NCBI GenBank assembly: GCA_963778655.1
Contig: CAVZVA010000009.1
Location: 352,001-416,000 of the forward strand
DNA length: 64,000 nucleotides
Direction of reading: 5' to 3'
DNA from: an uncultured delta proteobacterium
GTDB lineage: Bacteria > Myxococcota_A > Polyangia > Polyangiales > JAFGIB01
Part shown: piece after piece, positions 27,734-37,863 of the stretch
Layout of the letters: each line of letters begins with the position of its first letter
Position numbering within the stretch: position 1 is the stretch's first letter
The notes under the pieces: generated by a model
What the model was told of the DNA's origin: nothing
The model's database searches: none
What the model saw: only the letters and a program-made list of their open reading frames with translations
Translations under genes and position numbers: made by a program

Positions 27734-28983
27734 GAGCGCTGACATGGGGTGGCCCGGGCCGCGCGCTTGCACTGGGCGCGCGGCTGGGCCTGCTGCTGGC
27801 CTGGGCCGGAGCCGCGGGCTGCGGCGGTGCGCAAGCCAACGGCGCCGGCAAGAAGTCGGGCGACGCCGGCCCCGACCCGTTTGCCAACGCGGTGACGCGC
27901 GGCGATGGCGCCGCGGTGCCGGTGAGCGCACGCGACGGCGGCGGGGGCAGTCGCGACGGTTCCGTGATGCTGGCGCAGCTCCCGAGCTGCGGCGCCTCTC
28001 GCTTCGGCGCTTCTCCGATGCAGGTCAACGTGCTGCTCGTGATCGACAAGTCGGGCAGCATGAACGACACCCCCGCCGGCTTCGACAGCAACAAGTGGGC
28101 AGCCATGAAGGCCTCGCTCGCCGCATCGCTGCAGCCGGTGCAAGATCAGCTCTGGCTCGGGCTCGAGCTGTATCCGCTCGACCACTGCGAGATGCCCACC
28201 GGCTCTACGATTGAAGTCGACGTGCAGGCGGGCGCGCAGGCGCTGCCGGCGATTGAGACCGCGCTCGACGCAAGCCAGCCCTCCGGGGGCACTCCCACGG
28301 CTGCCGCGCTCGAGCGCGCCCTTCAGTACTTCACCAGCGGCGGCGGTAAAGACCTATCGGGCGGCAAGTACGTGCTGCTCGCAACCGACGGCGGCCCCAA
28401 CTGCAACACGGGGCTCACCTGCAGCGCCGACGCCTGCACGGTCAACCTCGACGGCCAGTGCCCCGCTGCGGTGGCGAACTGCTGCGACGCAGCCATGGCG
28501 GGAAGCGGCGCGGAGGGCGGCTGCCTCGACGACCAGGCGACGCTGTCCGAGATCAAGGCGCTCTCCGACGCCGGGATCGACACCTTCGTGGTGGGTATCC
28601 CCGGCAGCGAGAGCTACGGCTCGACTCTGGACGCGCTGGCCCAGGCGGGCGGTCGCGCCAACCCCGCGGCGCCGCCGAGCTACTACGCGGTCAGCAGCTC
28701 GGGTAGCGACGTGGGCGGGCTCACCAGCGTGCTCGACTCGATCACCTCGAGCCTGATCAAGTCGTGCCGCCTGCAGCTCGAGTCCACGCCGCCTTCGCTC
28801 GAGCTGCTCAACGTGCAGGTCGACGACCAGCTCGTTCTCCAGAGCGGCCCCGACGGCTGGGATCTCGACACCAGCAGCGACCCGCCCACGATCGAGCTCA
28901 AGGGTGCGACCTGCTCGCGCATCGAGAGTGACGGCGTGCAGAGCGTGTCGGTGCTCTACGGTTGCCCGACGCAGATCAAGTGA
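27730..28983 (+). CDS. VWA-domain Cys-rich lipoprotein (CglB-like)
   Basis: Lipobox AAGC; MIDAS DKSGS, GGTPT, LATDG; ATGA overlap with the upstream gene. Confidence 0.85.
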   Translation: MRALTWGGPGRALALGARLGLLLAWAGAAGCGGAQANGAGKKSGDAGPDPFANAVTRGDGAAVPVSARDGGGGSRDGSVMLAQLPSCGASRFGASPMQVNVLLVIDKSGSMNDTPAGFDSNKWAAMKASLAASLQPVQDQLWLGLELYPLDHCEMPTGSTIEVDVQAGAQALPAIETALDASQPSGGTPTAAALERALQYFTSGGGKDLSGGKYVLLATDGGPNCNTGLTCSADACTVNLDGQCPAAVANCCDAAMAGSGAEGGCLDDQATLSEIKALSDAGIDTFVVGIPGSESYGSTLDALAQAGGRANPAAPPSYYAVSSSGSDVGGLTSVLDSITSSLIKSCRLQLESTPPSLELLNVQVDDQLVLQSGPDGWDLDTSSDPPTIELKGATCSRIESDGVQSVSVLYGCPTQIK

Positions 28984-29358
28984 GCGGCGCCGGCGGGCGG
29001 ACCGCCGGGACGATGATCGGGCGAATTGATCGCTGCTCGCGAGCGGTTCTGCGTCCGGCTTGCTTTGGGAGAGGTCGAGCGCTGCCGAGCCTCGTGCATC
29101 GGGCCGGCTCCGAGCGCACGAGACCGACGTTTCTCACATTTATTCATGACCAGGTAAGGTCAAGTCGCCGGCGTGATGAAACTGGTTTCAGCCGGGCGAC
29201 CGTTGGCGTGTGCGCTCGAGAGCACACGCATCACCTGTCATTAGGTAATGACGAACAATTGTTAAATTGGACCGCAACTTTTAGTATGGGTCGTCCCACT
29301 AGAAATGATTGTAACCGCGTGGGCTTCGGTGCTGCGCGGGCAAGCAAGAGAGAGCCCT

Positions 29359-32300
29359 ATGACATCGCAGCGTCTTGGTGTCCGGAGCGCAACGTTCGCC
29401 GTCGCCTGTCTGCAGCTCGTAGCTTGCAGCAAGGCGCTTCATGGACCGACTCCGAGCGTCGAGCAACCCTCGAGCAAGGCGAAGCAGCTTCCCGTGGATC
29501 CGGGGCTGGTCTGCCGCGATCAGCTCACCACCGCCGTCACGCTGCACGGTGAAGGCTTTTCGCCCATTCCGATCGACCTCCCCAAGGCACCCAAGGCCGC
29601 GCTGCCCACCATCACCCTGAGCCGCGGCCACGAGCTCGACGGCACGAAGGTCGGCAGCCCCGACGAGGTGGTCTACAGCGGTGATCCCGACAAGGACCCG
29701 ACCAACGCGTTCGACGCGGACAAGAAGCCTCTGCTGTCCTGGAGGAGCCAGACCGAGATGACGTTCACGGTCAACCAGGATCTCACCTTGGCCAAGGGCA
29801 AGAAGGGCATGCTGCCGGTCGGCGTGTGGGACCTGCAGGTGGCGAACGCCAATGGCCACGAGGCGCATTCGCTGAAGTCGCTGGCCGTGGTGGACAAGCC
29901 GGCGGTGAGCAAGCTTGCGCCGGGCGTGGTGTGCCTGGAGCAGGGCGACCGCACCATCACCCTCAGCGGTGAGACCTTCCTGCGCAACGGCGACGCCAAG
30001 GCGGTGCTCGCGGTCGATGGGGTCACAGACCCATTCGCTGCCGAGCTCAGCGACTGCACCGCTATCGATCAGGCCGATCTCGACGCCGAGGTCTGCAAGA
30101 CCGCTACCATCAACCTCGCCAAGGGCTCGATCGCGAGCGGCTTTCCGGCGCTTACCGTCGACAACCCGGACACCGCGGCGTGCAAGAGCGTCGATGACAT
30201 CAAGCTGCGTGTAGTGCCGCCGCCGACCATCGACAAGGTCGCGCCCGCACTGGCTTGCGTCAGCGAGGGCGACCGTAAGTTCGTGATCCAGGGCAGCGAC
30301 TTCCTGACCGTGGACGGCACCGACCCCAAGGTGACGGTGGGCGACAAGGAATTCGGGGTCGACGCCATGGGCGGCTGCTCTGCGCTCGAGACCCAGGGGG
30401 CTACGGTCCAGAGCTGCAGCTCGATCGACATCACGATCAAGAAGGGCGAGCTCGCGCCCGACCTCTATGCGGTGACCGTGGTCAACCCCGACCCGGCCGG
30501 CTGCGACAACACCGCGACCGGCGCGCTGCGCATCGTGCCCCCGCCTGCGCTGATGAACGTGGAGCCGGCGCTGGTCTGTCTGGACGACGGCGAGCGCATG
30601 GTGGTGGCCAACGGCAGCGACTTCTTGGTCGTGGGCGGTGAGGCGCCTGCGGTGATGGTCGACGGCGAAACGCTCGACCCCGCTGCGGTCGATCCGGGCG
30701 GATGCAGCGATCTCACCGTGGCCGGGCTGTCGGTGCAGAAGTGCACCAGCCTCACGCTCACCTTGGCTCAGGGCAGCGCCGCGCTGGGGACGACCGATAT
30801 CAAGGTGACCAACCCCGATCCGGCCGGGTGCTCGGACCAGCGCTCGGATCTGCTCACGGTCGTGGCCGGCCCGACGATTGCGTCGGCCGAGCCCGCGCTG
30901 CTGTGCACCGACGACGGCAGCAAGCCGATCGTGATCACCGGGACCGGCTTCCTCTCGGTCGGCAGCGACCTACCGGCCGTGTCCATCGACGGCAGCGCCG
31001 TGGCGAGCGTGGACTCGATCGACGGCTGTTCGGAGGTGATGGCCAACGGCTTGATGGTGCAGAGCTGCACCACGCTCAACGTCACCGTGGCACAGAACGC
31101 GCTGGTGAGCGGGCGCCCGACGGTGCAGGTGCAAAACCCCGATCCAGCGGGCTGCACCGCCACGCGCGGCGACGTGCTGACGGTGCCGCCGCCGCTCGCG
31201 ATCGCGAGCCTCGATCCGCTCAACGTGTGCCAGGGCACGGTCAATGCTGCATTTCCGGTCACGCTCTCGGGCACTGGCTTCCTGCGCGCAGGCGACACCG
31301 ACTTCAGCATGACGTTCGACGGCGCCGCGGTGACGCCGACCTCCGTGAGCGACTGCACGCCGCTCGACGTCGCGGGCGCGAGCGACGTCTTCTCCTGCGA
31401 TACCGTGGCCGCCTCGCTCGACCTGACCGGCAAGACCTCGGCTCCGGCCTCGCTGCCGATCGCGATCAGCAACGCGGGGCCCGCGCCCGCCTGCGCGCTC
31501 ACGGCGATGACCGCGCTCAACGTGGTCGCGCCCCCGACCGTCACCGGTCTCGACATTCTCGATCAGACCGTCGACACCGCGGTGTGCAGCGACAAGGGCT
31601 TCAGCCTGGCCGTGACCGGCACCGGTTTCGTCGATGGCACCACGGTCACCTTCAGCAACAGCGACGGCAAGAGCATCTCGGCCGACGACGTCACGGTGTC
31701 GAGCTCGACCATGCTGACCGCCACCTTCGGCAGCGGCATCGAGTACGACTCCGTCGATCCGACGTTCGATCTCACCGTGTCGACCGCGGCCGGCTGTGCG
31801 GGCCCGCCGCTGACCGACGTGATCACCGTCAATCCGACTCCGCTGGTGTTCTTCGTGGATCCGCCGATCGCGTACAACGCGATCTCGATCGACGCCACTG
31901 TGTTCACCTCGGGCCTGACCAATAGCTCTGCGCTGGACACGATCGAGCTGGTGGGCCCCGACGCCGCCACCACCGCGACCGCGCTCACGGTCGTGTCCAA
32001 TCCCAAGCCCAACCGCATCGTCGCGCACATCCCGGGCATCGACAGCGGGACCAGTCAACCGACCTTCGCGGCCGGCGACTACACGGTGCGCGTGACCAGC
32101 ACGCTCGGCTGCACGGGCGAGCTGCCCGGCGGGCTGAAGGTGACCGCCACCACCGACGGCTCGCTGGTGACGAAGATCGCCCCGAGCTTCGTCTCGCCGA
32201 CCGAAGCCACCCCGGTCACGGTGACCGGCGCCGGTCTGCTGTCGGTGCCGCGGCTCTACCTCACCCCGCACGGCGGCACCGGTACGGCCACGGCGTTGCG

Positions 32301-34263
32301 CGCGGTCACGCTGCAGAGCGCGACGCAGCTCAGCGCGCTGGTGCCGGGCGGCATCACTGCGGGCAACTACGACCTGATCGTGGTCAACCCCGACGGCAAG
32401 GTGGGCGTGCTCGACAATGGTGTGACCGTCACCAGCGGCGAGCCGCCGTTCGTGGCCAGCGTCGTGCCCGCCTCGCTGGTGCCGAACGCCGCGACCACCG
32501 TCACCGTCACGGGCACGGGCTTCAACGTCGACACCGTGGTGCTCGAGTGCAAGGCCAACGCGACCGCGACCACGGTGACCACGGTCAACGGCACGGTGGG
32601 GGCGAGCCCCACCGCGACTCAGGTCAAGGCACAGTTCGACCCAGGCGCGGCCGGCGTGGGCGCTGGGAGCGTGTGCTTGCTCAAGCTGACCAACACGGAC
32701 GGGGCGTTCTTCGAGTACTCGGCCGTCTCGACCACCACCAACTCGTTGAACCTCTCGGACTGGGTTGCCTCCGACGACGCCAACGCGCCGGTCAAGCCGA
32801 CCCCGCTCAGCATGGGCCGGCGTGCGCTATCGCTGGTGGCCGGCCGTCCGACCGGGACCAGCCGTTTCCTGTACGCGATCGGCGGCGACAGCGGCACGAG
32901 CGGCACGGGGAACGAAGCGGTCATCGGCAGCACCGTGTTCGACAACGTAGAGGCCGCCAACGTGGACGTCTACGGCAAGATGGGCAGCTGGTCGGTGCAG
33001 GACCGCACGCTGCTGCCCGCGCCACGCACCTGGGCGGGTGCGGCGACCATCGGTCGCTTCATCTACCTGGTCGGCGGCAACGACGGCAGCGGCGCGACCA
33101 ACACGCTGTATCGCGCGCAGATCCTCGATCCGCTCGCGACCTCCGAGGTGACCGACCTCGACGCCGTGCTGGGCGACGGCACCAACGGCCTGAGCGGCGG
33201 TCTGTACTACTACGGCGTGGCCGCGATCTTCCCCAGCAGCGATGCGAGTAATCCGGGCGGCGAGTCGCTGACCGGCGAGCTGCTGCCGGTGCAGCTTCCG
33301 GACCGCTCCGAGAAGATCCAGCTCACCCTGACCTGGCAAGCGGTCGCCGGCGCGCACGGCTACCGCATCTACCGCTCGCCCACCCCGGACGCGGCGGTGA
33401 GCTCGCTGCAGCTGCTGGCCGAGAAGACCTGCGGCGCGAGCGCGACCGACACCTGCGACTGCGGGACCACGCCGGACCAATGCCGCTTGACCGACGACGG
33501 CACGCTCACGCCGAGCGGCAACGGCCCGCTTCCTGCTGGATCGCTCGGCACCTGGCACGCGGTGGACGGGGCGCGCTGCAGCAGCAGCGACTGCCTGCTC
33601 ACCACCAAGCGCGAGGCGCTGGCCACGGTGGCGGTACGCAATCCGGGCGACCCCAGCAAGTACTTCCTGTACGCGATCGGCGGGCGCGACGAGAGCGGCG
33701 CCTACCAGAGCAGCTACGAGGTGGCCGTGGTGAGCGTGGCCAGCAACGGCACGCAGACCGTGGCCGACTGGGCCACCGGCGGGACCGCGCTCTCCTCGGC
33801 GCGCGCCGAGCTCGGAGCGTGGGTAATGACGGCGGACAACTCCTCGATCATCCGCTCCGGCACGGCGACTGACGTCTGGTTCTACCTCGGAGGCGGCCGC
33901 ACCACCGGCGGCGGGATCGTCACCACCGTGGAGGCGGGGCAGCTCCAATCCAACGGCGACATCGGAACCACACCGCTCACCTCCGTGACCTCGCTCAAGT
34001 CGAACGGCGCCACGGGCTTTGGCGCCGGAACCTCGAACGACCACCTGTACGTGTTCGGCGGCGACGCGACCTCCAGCAAGGGCATGTCGGCGGACCCGAC
34101 CAGCTCGCTGCCGGCTCTGCCCGGCAATGCCTGGAACTCGCTCGGCAGCGCGCAGACCTCGCGCATCTACATGGGCACCACGCAGGAGAGCGCGTTCTAC
34201 TTCATGGCTGGCGGCTGGTTCAACGGTGCGACCCTGAGCACCACCGAGCAGACGGTGCAGTAG
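29359..34263 (+). CDS. Giant lipoprotein: Cys-containing IPT/TIG repeats + Kelch propeller
   Basis: Lipobox LVAC; repeats PPP..P..C...G.(D/G)F...NPDPAGC; Kelch blades LYAIGG, IYLVGG, LYVFGG. Confidence 0.85.
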   Translation: MTSQRLGVRSATFAVACLQLVACSKALHGPTPSVEQPSSKAKQLPVDPGLVCRDQLTTAVTLHGEGFSPIPIDLPKAPKAALPTITLSRGHELDGTKVGSPDEVVYSGDPDKDPTNAFDADKKPLLSWRSQTEMTFTVNQDLTLAKGKKGMLPVGVWDLQVANANGHEAHSLKSLAVVDKPAVSKLAPGVVCLEQGDRTITLSGETFLRNGDAKAVLAVDGVTDPFAAELSDCTAIDQADLDAEVCKTATINLAKGSIASGFPALTVDNPDTAACKSVDDIKLRVVPPPTIDKVAPALACVSEGDRKFVIQGSDFLTVDGTDPKVTVGDKEFGVDAMGGCSALETQGATVQSCSSIDITIKKGELAPDLYAVTVVNPDPAGCDNTATGALRIVPPPALMNVEPALVCLDDGERMVVANGSDFLVVGGEAPAVMVDGETLDPAAVDPGGCSDLTVAGLSVQKCTSLTLTLAQGSAALGTTDIKVTNPDPAGCSDQRSDLLTVVAGPTIASAEPALLCTDDGSKPIVITGTGFLSVGSDLPAVSIDGSAVASVDSIDGCSEVMANGLMVQSCTTLNVTVAQNALVSGRPTVQVQNPDPAGCTATRGDVLTVPPPLAIASLDPLNVCQGTVNAAFPVTLSGTGFLRAGDTDFSMTFDGAAVTPTSVSDCTPLDVAGASDVFSCDTVAASLDLTGKTSAPASLPIAISNAGPAPACALTAMTALNVVAPPTVTGLDILDQTVDTAVCSDKGFSLAVTGTGFVDGTTVTFSNSDGKSISADDVTVSSSTMLTATFGSGIEYDSVDPTFDLTVSTAAGCAGPPLTDVITVNPTPLVFFVDPPIAYNAISIDATVFTSGLTNSSALDTIELVGPDAATTATALTVVSNPKPNRIVAHIPGIDSGTSQPTFAAGDYTVRVTSTLGCTGELPGGLKVTATTDGSLVTKIAPSFVSPTEATPVTVTGAGLLSVPRLYLTPHGGTGTATALRAVTLQSATQLSALVPGGITAGNYDLIVVNPDGKVGVLDNGVTVTSGEPPFVASVVPASLVPNAATTVTVTGTGFNVDTVVLECKANATATTVTTVNGTVGASPTATQVKAQFDPGAAGVGAGSVCLLKLTNTDGAFFEYSAVSTTTNSLNLSDWVASDDANAPVKPTPLSMGRRALSLVAGRPTGTSRFLYAIGGDSGTSGTGNEAVIGSTVFDNVEAANVDVYGKMGSWSVQDRTLLPAPRTWAGAATIGRFIYLVGGNDGSGATNTLYRAQILDPLATSEVTDLDAVLGDGTNGLSGGLYYYGVAAIFPSSDASNPGGESLTGELLPVQLPDRSEKIQLTLTWQAVAGAHGYRIYRSPTPDAAVSSLQLLAEKTCGASATDTCDCGTTPDQCRLTDDGTLTPSGNGPLPAGSLGTWHAVDGARCSSSDCLLTTKREALATVAVRNPGDPSKYFLYAIGGRDESGAYQSSYEVAVVSVASNGTQTVADWATGGTALSSARAELGAWVMTADNSSIIRSGTATDVWFYLGGGRTTGGGIVTTVEAGQLQSNGDIGTTPLTSVTSLKSNGATGFGAGTSNDHLYVFGGDATSSKGMSADPTSSLPALPGNAWNSLGSAQTSRIYMGTTQESAFYFMAGGWFNGATLSTTEQTVQ

Positions 34264-34266
34264 GAG

Positions 34267-34986
34267 ATGAGGTTCATGCTCACGCAATCCCGAAACAAGT
34301 GCTTGGGTTGGGCCTCGCTGCTGGCGGCTGCGCTGCTGCTGAGCGCCGCGAGCGTCGCGCGCGCGCAGGAAGGTGAAGAGGGAATGGGCGACGGCGGCGC
34401 CGTGCTCAGCCCTGCAGCCGCGCGCCTGCACACCGGGCTGCTGCTGGGCGGCAAGGTCGGCGGCGGGTTGGGCAAGCCCTGGAGCGACTTCGGCGCCACG
34501 CCCGTGTTCGAGCTCGAGCTGGGCTATGCGCTGCCGCCGTTGCATCGCGCAATCGAGCTATTCCTCACCGGGCAGTACACCCAGCCTGGGCTCTCGGGCA
34601 CCACCGGCACCCGCGATCCGCGCCTGCCTGGCAACGGCCTCGTCGGCTACGACGTCACGCAGCAGGAGCTCACGCTGTCGCTGGGCGGTCTTTACCGCTT
34701 CGACGTGGGCAGCAAGCTGGTGATGCCCTATGCGGGTCTGGGCGCCCGGCTCTACCTGCTCAACACCCAGGTGAAAGGCTCGACCGCGGGTCAGCCTTAC
34801 GCGCGAAACGAGGAGGCCAAGAGCAGCGTCGGCTTGTTGCTGCTGGGCGGTGCCGAGCTCTATGTCGGCCCCGGCGCGCTGCTCGCCGAGTTGTCGTTCG
34901 GCTGGGCCTCGCTCGACGGCTTCGTGATGCGAGACACGAACCTCGGTGAGCTCAACCTCGCGGTCGGCTACCGCCTGATGCTCTGA
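34267..34986 (+). CDS. Small outer-membrane beta-barrel protein (OmpA/OmpW-like barrel)
   Basis: Signal peptide; alternating strands, MPYAGLG, C-terminal LAVGYRLML. Confidence 0.75.
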   Translation: MRFMLTQSRNKCLGWASLLAAALLLSAASVARAQEGEEGMGDGGAVLSPAAARLHTGLLLGGKVGGGLGKPWSDFGATPVFELELGYALPPLHRAIELFLTGQYTQPGLSGTTGTRDPRLPGNGLVGYDVTQQELTLSLGGLYRFDVGSKLVMPYAGLGARLYLLNTQVKGSTAGQPYARNEEAKSSVGLLLLGGAELYVGPGALLAELSFGWASLDGFVMRDTNLGELNLAVGYRLML

Positions 34987-35049
34987 GCGCAAGGCGCAGC
35001 GTGCTGCCGACTTCGATCGACGACCACGGCCCCTCGCAACGGAAGCGGC

Positions 35050-36075
35050 TCATTCGGGCGCGGCTGCGACCGGGCGCGAGTCGCCCGGAAGGCGCAGCTC
35101 GATGCCCTCCATGCGGTGGAGCTTGCGCAGCGCCTTGAGCGTCTCGACCTCCCGCAGGGGAGAGGCCAGCACCAGGCTCGCCACGTCCGAGCGCTCGTGG
35201 AGCAGCTCGACGACCGTCCGCTCGGTAGGCGTCAGGCGGGCTTGCAGCGCGGGCAGCCGGCGGCGGCGGCGCACCCGTGCCCGCGCCGGCACCGCGGCGT
35301 AGAGCTCGACCACGTGCTGGGATTGCACCACGCGCAGCAGCTCGCGGATGCGCTTGGATCCCGGCTCGGTCGACAGCAACGCCGCCAGCACGTGGGTCGC
35401 CTCGTCGAATTGCTTCTCGCGCAACAGCAGCAGAGTGTTGCGTATGAGTCGCTCGGTGAGGTCGACGCCTTGTGGCGTCCCGTCCACCCCCACGCAGCCC
35501 AGCCTGCGCAGCGTCTCGACGTTGCGCAGCAGCGCTGGCTGCGAAAGTCCCAGGCAAAGGCGCGCCTCGTTGAGCGTCGTGCTCTGCTCGGCGAGCACGA
35601 GCAGCGCCTGCTGGGGACTGCTCAGACCGGCGGGCGCGGGGCCCTCGATGCGAGTCATGGCGGCCAGCCCGCTCGGGTAGAGCGCGCGCAGCTGGTTCCA
35701 CTCGTCGAGGTACTGCATCCCGGTCATGACGAGCTCCTGGATCGCCACGTCGAGCGCGATTCCGGGCGCGGGCGGCTCGTTCCCGGGCTCGAAACGAAAC
35801 CGGTCGTTGGAGTCGAGAAACTGGTCGCACAGCATCTCGAACGCGAGCGCTTGCGGATCGAGCACGAGCCGCCCGGGCTCGACCCGCGTCGCGAGACGGG
35901 CCGGGATCACCCCGCGCGCTTCTGGGTGAGCACACGCGCTCAGCTGGCGGTCCGCCACGCGCAGCCAAATAGGGCCCGAGGGTCGTTCGATGGTGAGGAC
36001 CCCACTGCCGCGTGTGCCGTCGACCCACTGCAACACGTCCGCGAGCCCCATCGTGCTCAAGTCACTCGACAGCAT
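35050..36075 (-). CDS. DUF4388 (PatA-N)-domain protein
   Basis: DLSTMGLADVLQWV...SGVLTI, FRFEPG, LDEW; winged-helix-like segments. Confidence 0.8.
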   Translation of the reverse strand: MLSSDLSTMGLADVLQWVDGTRGSGVLTIERPSGPIWLRVADRQLSACAHPEARGVIPARLATRVEPGRLVLDPQALAFEMLCDQFLDSNDRFRFEPGNEPPAPGIALDVAIQELVMTGMQYLDEWNQLRALYPSGLAAMTRIEGPAPAGLSSPQQALLVLAEQSTTLNEARLCLGLSQPALLRNVETLRRLGCVGVDGTPQGVDLTERLIRNTLLLLREKQFDEATHVLAALLSTEPGSKRIRELLRVVQSQHVVELYAAVPARARVRRRRRLPALQARLTPTERTVVELLHERSDVASLVLASPLREVETLKALRKLHRMEGIELRLPGDSRPVAAAPE

Positions 36076-36219
36076 CTGCGACGATTGTCGCCGCGGCTGC
36101 GCTCCGCGCGCAAGGTCGCCTGACGGTCGCCAAGTATGCGCCAAGACCTTACGTCGCCGCACTCGCGCAGCGGCAAGGACCCTGCTGCCGGGGTGGCTCT
36201 TGCTGATAGCATCGAGATT

Positions 36220-37323
36220 GTGTCGCTGCTCAATCCGCTGGCCCGCGAGATCTCGGCGAAGATCGTCTACTACGGGCCGGGTCTGTCAGGTAAGACCACC
36301 TCACTGCATGCGATCTACGCCGCGGTCAGACCCGAACGACGCGGCGAGCTGATTTCACTGGCGACCGAAACCGATCGCACCATCTTCTTCGACTTCCTGC
36401 CGCTGCACGTCGAGCGCGTCCACGGTCTGGGCGTACGCTTCCAGCTCTACACCGTCCCGGGTCAGGTGTTCTACGGCGCGACGCGCAGGCTCGTATTGGC
36501 CGGCGCCGACGGAGTCGTGTTCGTGGCCGACAGTCAAACGCAATGCAGGGACGCCAATCTCGAGTCGTTCGACAGCTTGCGCGAGAACATCGAAGAGCTG
36601 GGCTTCGACCTCGAGGATTTTCCGCTGGTCTTCCAGTACAACAAGCGCGACCTGCCCGATGTCCTGCCGATCCGCGAGCTGTCGTCGTCGCTCAATTTCA
36701 TCGGTGCACCGGAGTTCCCCAGCTGCGCTACCAGCGGCGAGGGCGTGCTCTCCGTGCTGCGAGAGATCTCCAAGCTCACGATCAAGGCGCTCAGCGAGCA
36801 GCAACCGGCCGTTCGCCGGCAGATCGTCGAGGGTGACGATCGCGACCGCTCGGAGCCGGACGGCGGGATCGTGCAGACCGTCTACGCCGCCAGCCGCTCG
36901 CTCGCGGGCGCCGTGGCCACGCCCGCGGATGCGCCGCCGCCGCCGGAGCCCGCGCTCGGAGGGCCCGTGGTCCAGCACCGCGCTTCGGCGCAGCCACCGG
37001 GCGGCGGCTTGACCTTTGCCCGACTGTGGCCCGAGGGATCCGCGGCCGCGGTGCAGGACATCGAGCGCAAGATCGCCGCGGGGGACTACGGAAATGCGCT
37101 GCGCGCGATCGCAGAGCAACTCGCCGAGTTGATCGACAGCCTGCCCGGGTTGCGCAGCGGCGCGGACCCGGGCACGAAGGCCGCGCTGCTGGGGCTGGAC
37201 GGGCGCGCGTACCTGCGGGTGTGTCGTCTGGCCACGCTGCCCGGGGAGGCCCTGAGCGAGGCTGACGCCTTGCTCGCGCTGCACGTGCTGGTAGACGCTC
37301 GCTTCAAGGCCGCGAGCATTTGA
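36220..37323 (+). CDS. MglA-family small Ras-like GTPase with C-terminal extension
   Basis: KIVYYGPGLSGKTT, TETDRTIFFDFLPL, LYTVPGQV, GVVFVADS, QYNKRD. Confidence 0.9.
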   Translation: MSLLNPLAREISAKIVYYGPGLSGKTTSLHAIYAAVRPERRGELISLATETDRTIFFDFLPLHVERVHGLGVRFQLYTVPGQVFYGATRRLVLAGADGVVFVADSQTQCRDANLESFDSLRENIEELGFDLEDFPLVFQYNKRDLPDVLPIRELSSSLNFIGAPEFPSCATSGEGVLSVLREISKLTIKALSEQQPAVRRQIVEGDDRDRSEPDGGIVQTVYAASRSLAGAVATPADAPPPPEPALGGPVVQHRASAQPPGGGLTFARLWPEGSAAAVQDIERKIAAGDYGNALRAIAEQLAELIDSLPGLRSGADPGTKAALLGLDGRAYLRVCRLATLPGEALSEADALLALHVLVDARFKAASI

Positions 37324-37389
37324 CGCGCGACGCTGCGCCGCGCACGCGCGCTACCTGCAGTCACCGCGCTCCCACGTTGAAGGTGGGTG

Positions 37390-37427
37390 CGGCGGAGTCC
37401 GCCCGGCGAACCAGGCGGACTCCGCCG
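37390..37427. terminator. GC-rich hairpin (14-bp perfect stem)
   Basis: CGGCGGAGTCCGCC / GGCGGACTCCGCCG downstream of the GTPase; no U-tract. Confidence 0.45.
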
Positions 37428-37863
37428 GGGTGGTGTCAGTGGAGGTAGTCGCCTGAAGCTCTGGCGAGCTTCCTGCGATGAGGGAAAATCCTGTGGCCGG
37501 CGTCCGAGCAAAGCACGCGCGCGACGTCGTCGCTGCTCATCATCGCTGTCTGGATTCGCGTGCGGGACATGGTGTGTTGCTCTCGTGCTCGTCGCTTCAA
37601 CCGCTGCTGATTGTGCGCTCATCACAGACACGAGCAAGTTAAATCGACTCGAAAAAACAAGCAATTTATGCGCACTATCCGGACACCGAACGCTACGCAA
37701 AGGCTCGCGCAGGAATCACACAGCGCGGTAGTGATATGGCCCACACGGTATGTGAACAGCGACAGTGCTACTGCGCATCGCGAGCGTTGATCGCGAGCGA
37801 GCGCTCATCCATGATCGAACGGAAAGCCCAGGACATCGGAGGGGCTCGCTTCTGGCCCAGAGC

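Noticed and set aside
29130..29358. c-di-GMP riboswitch
   Set aside because: The GEMM consensus elements could not be found by eye
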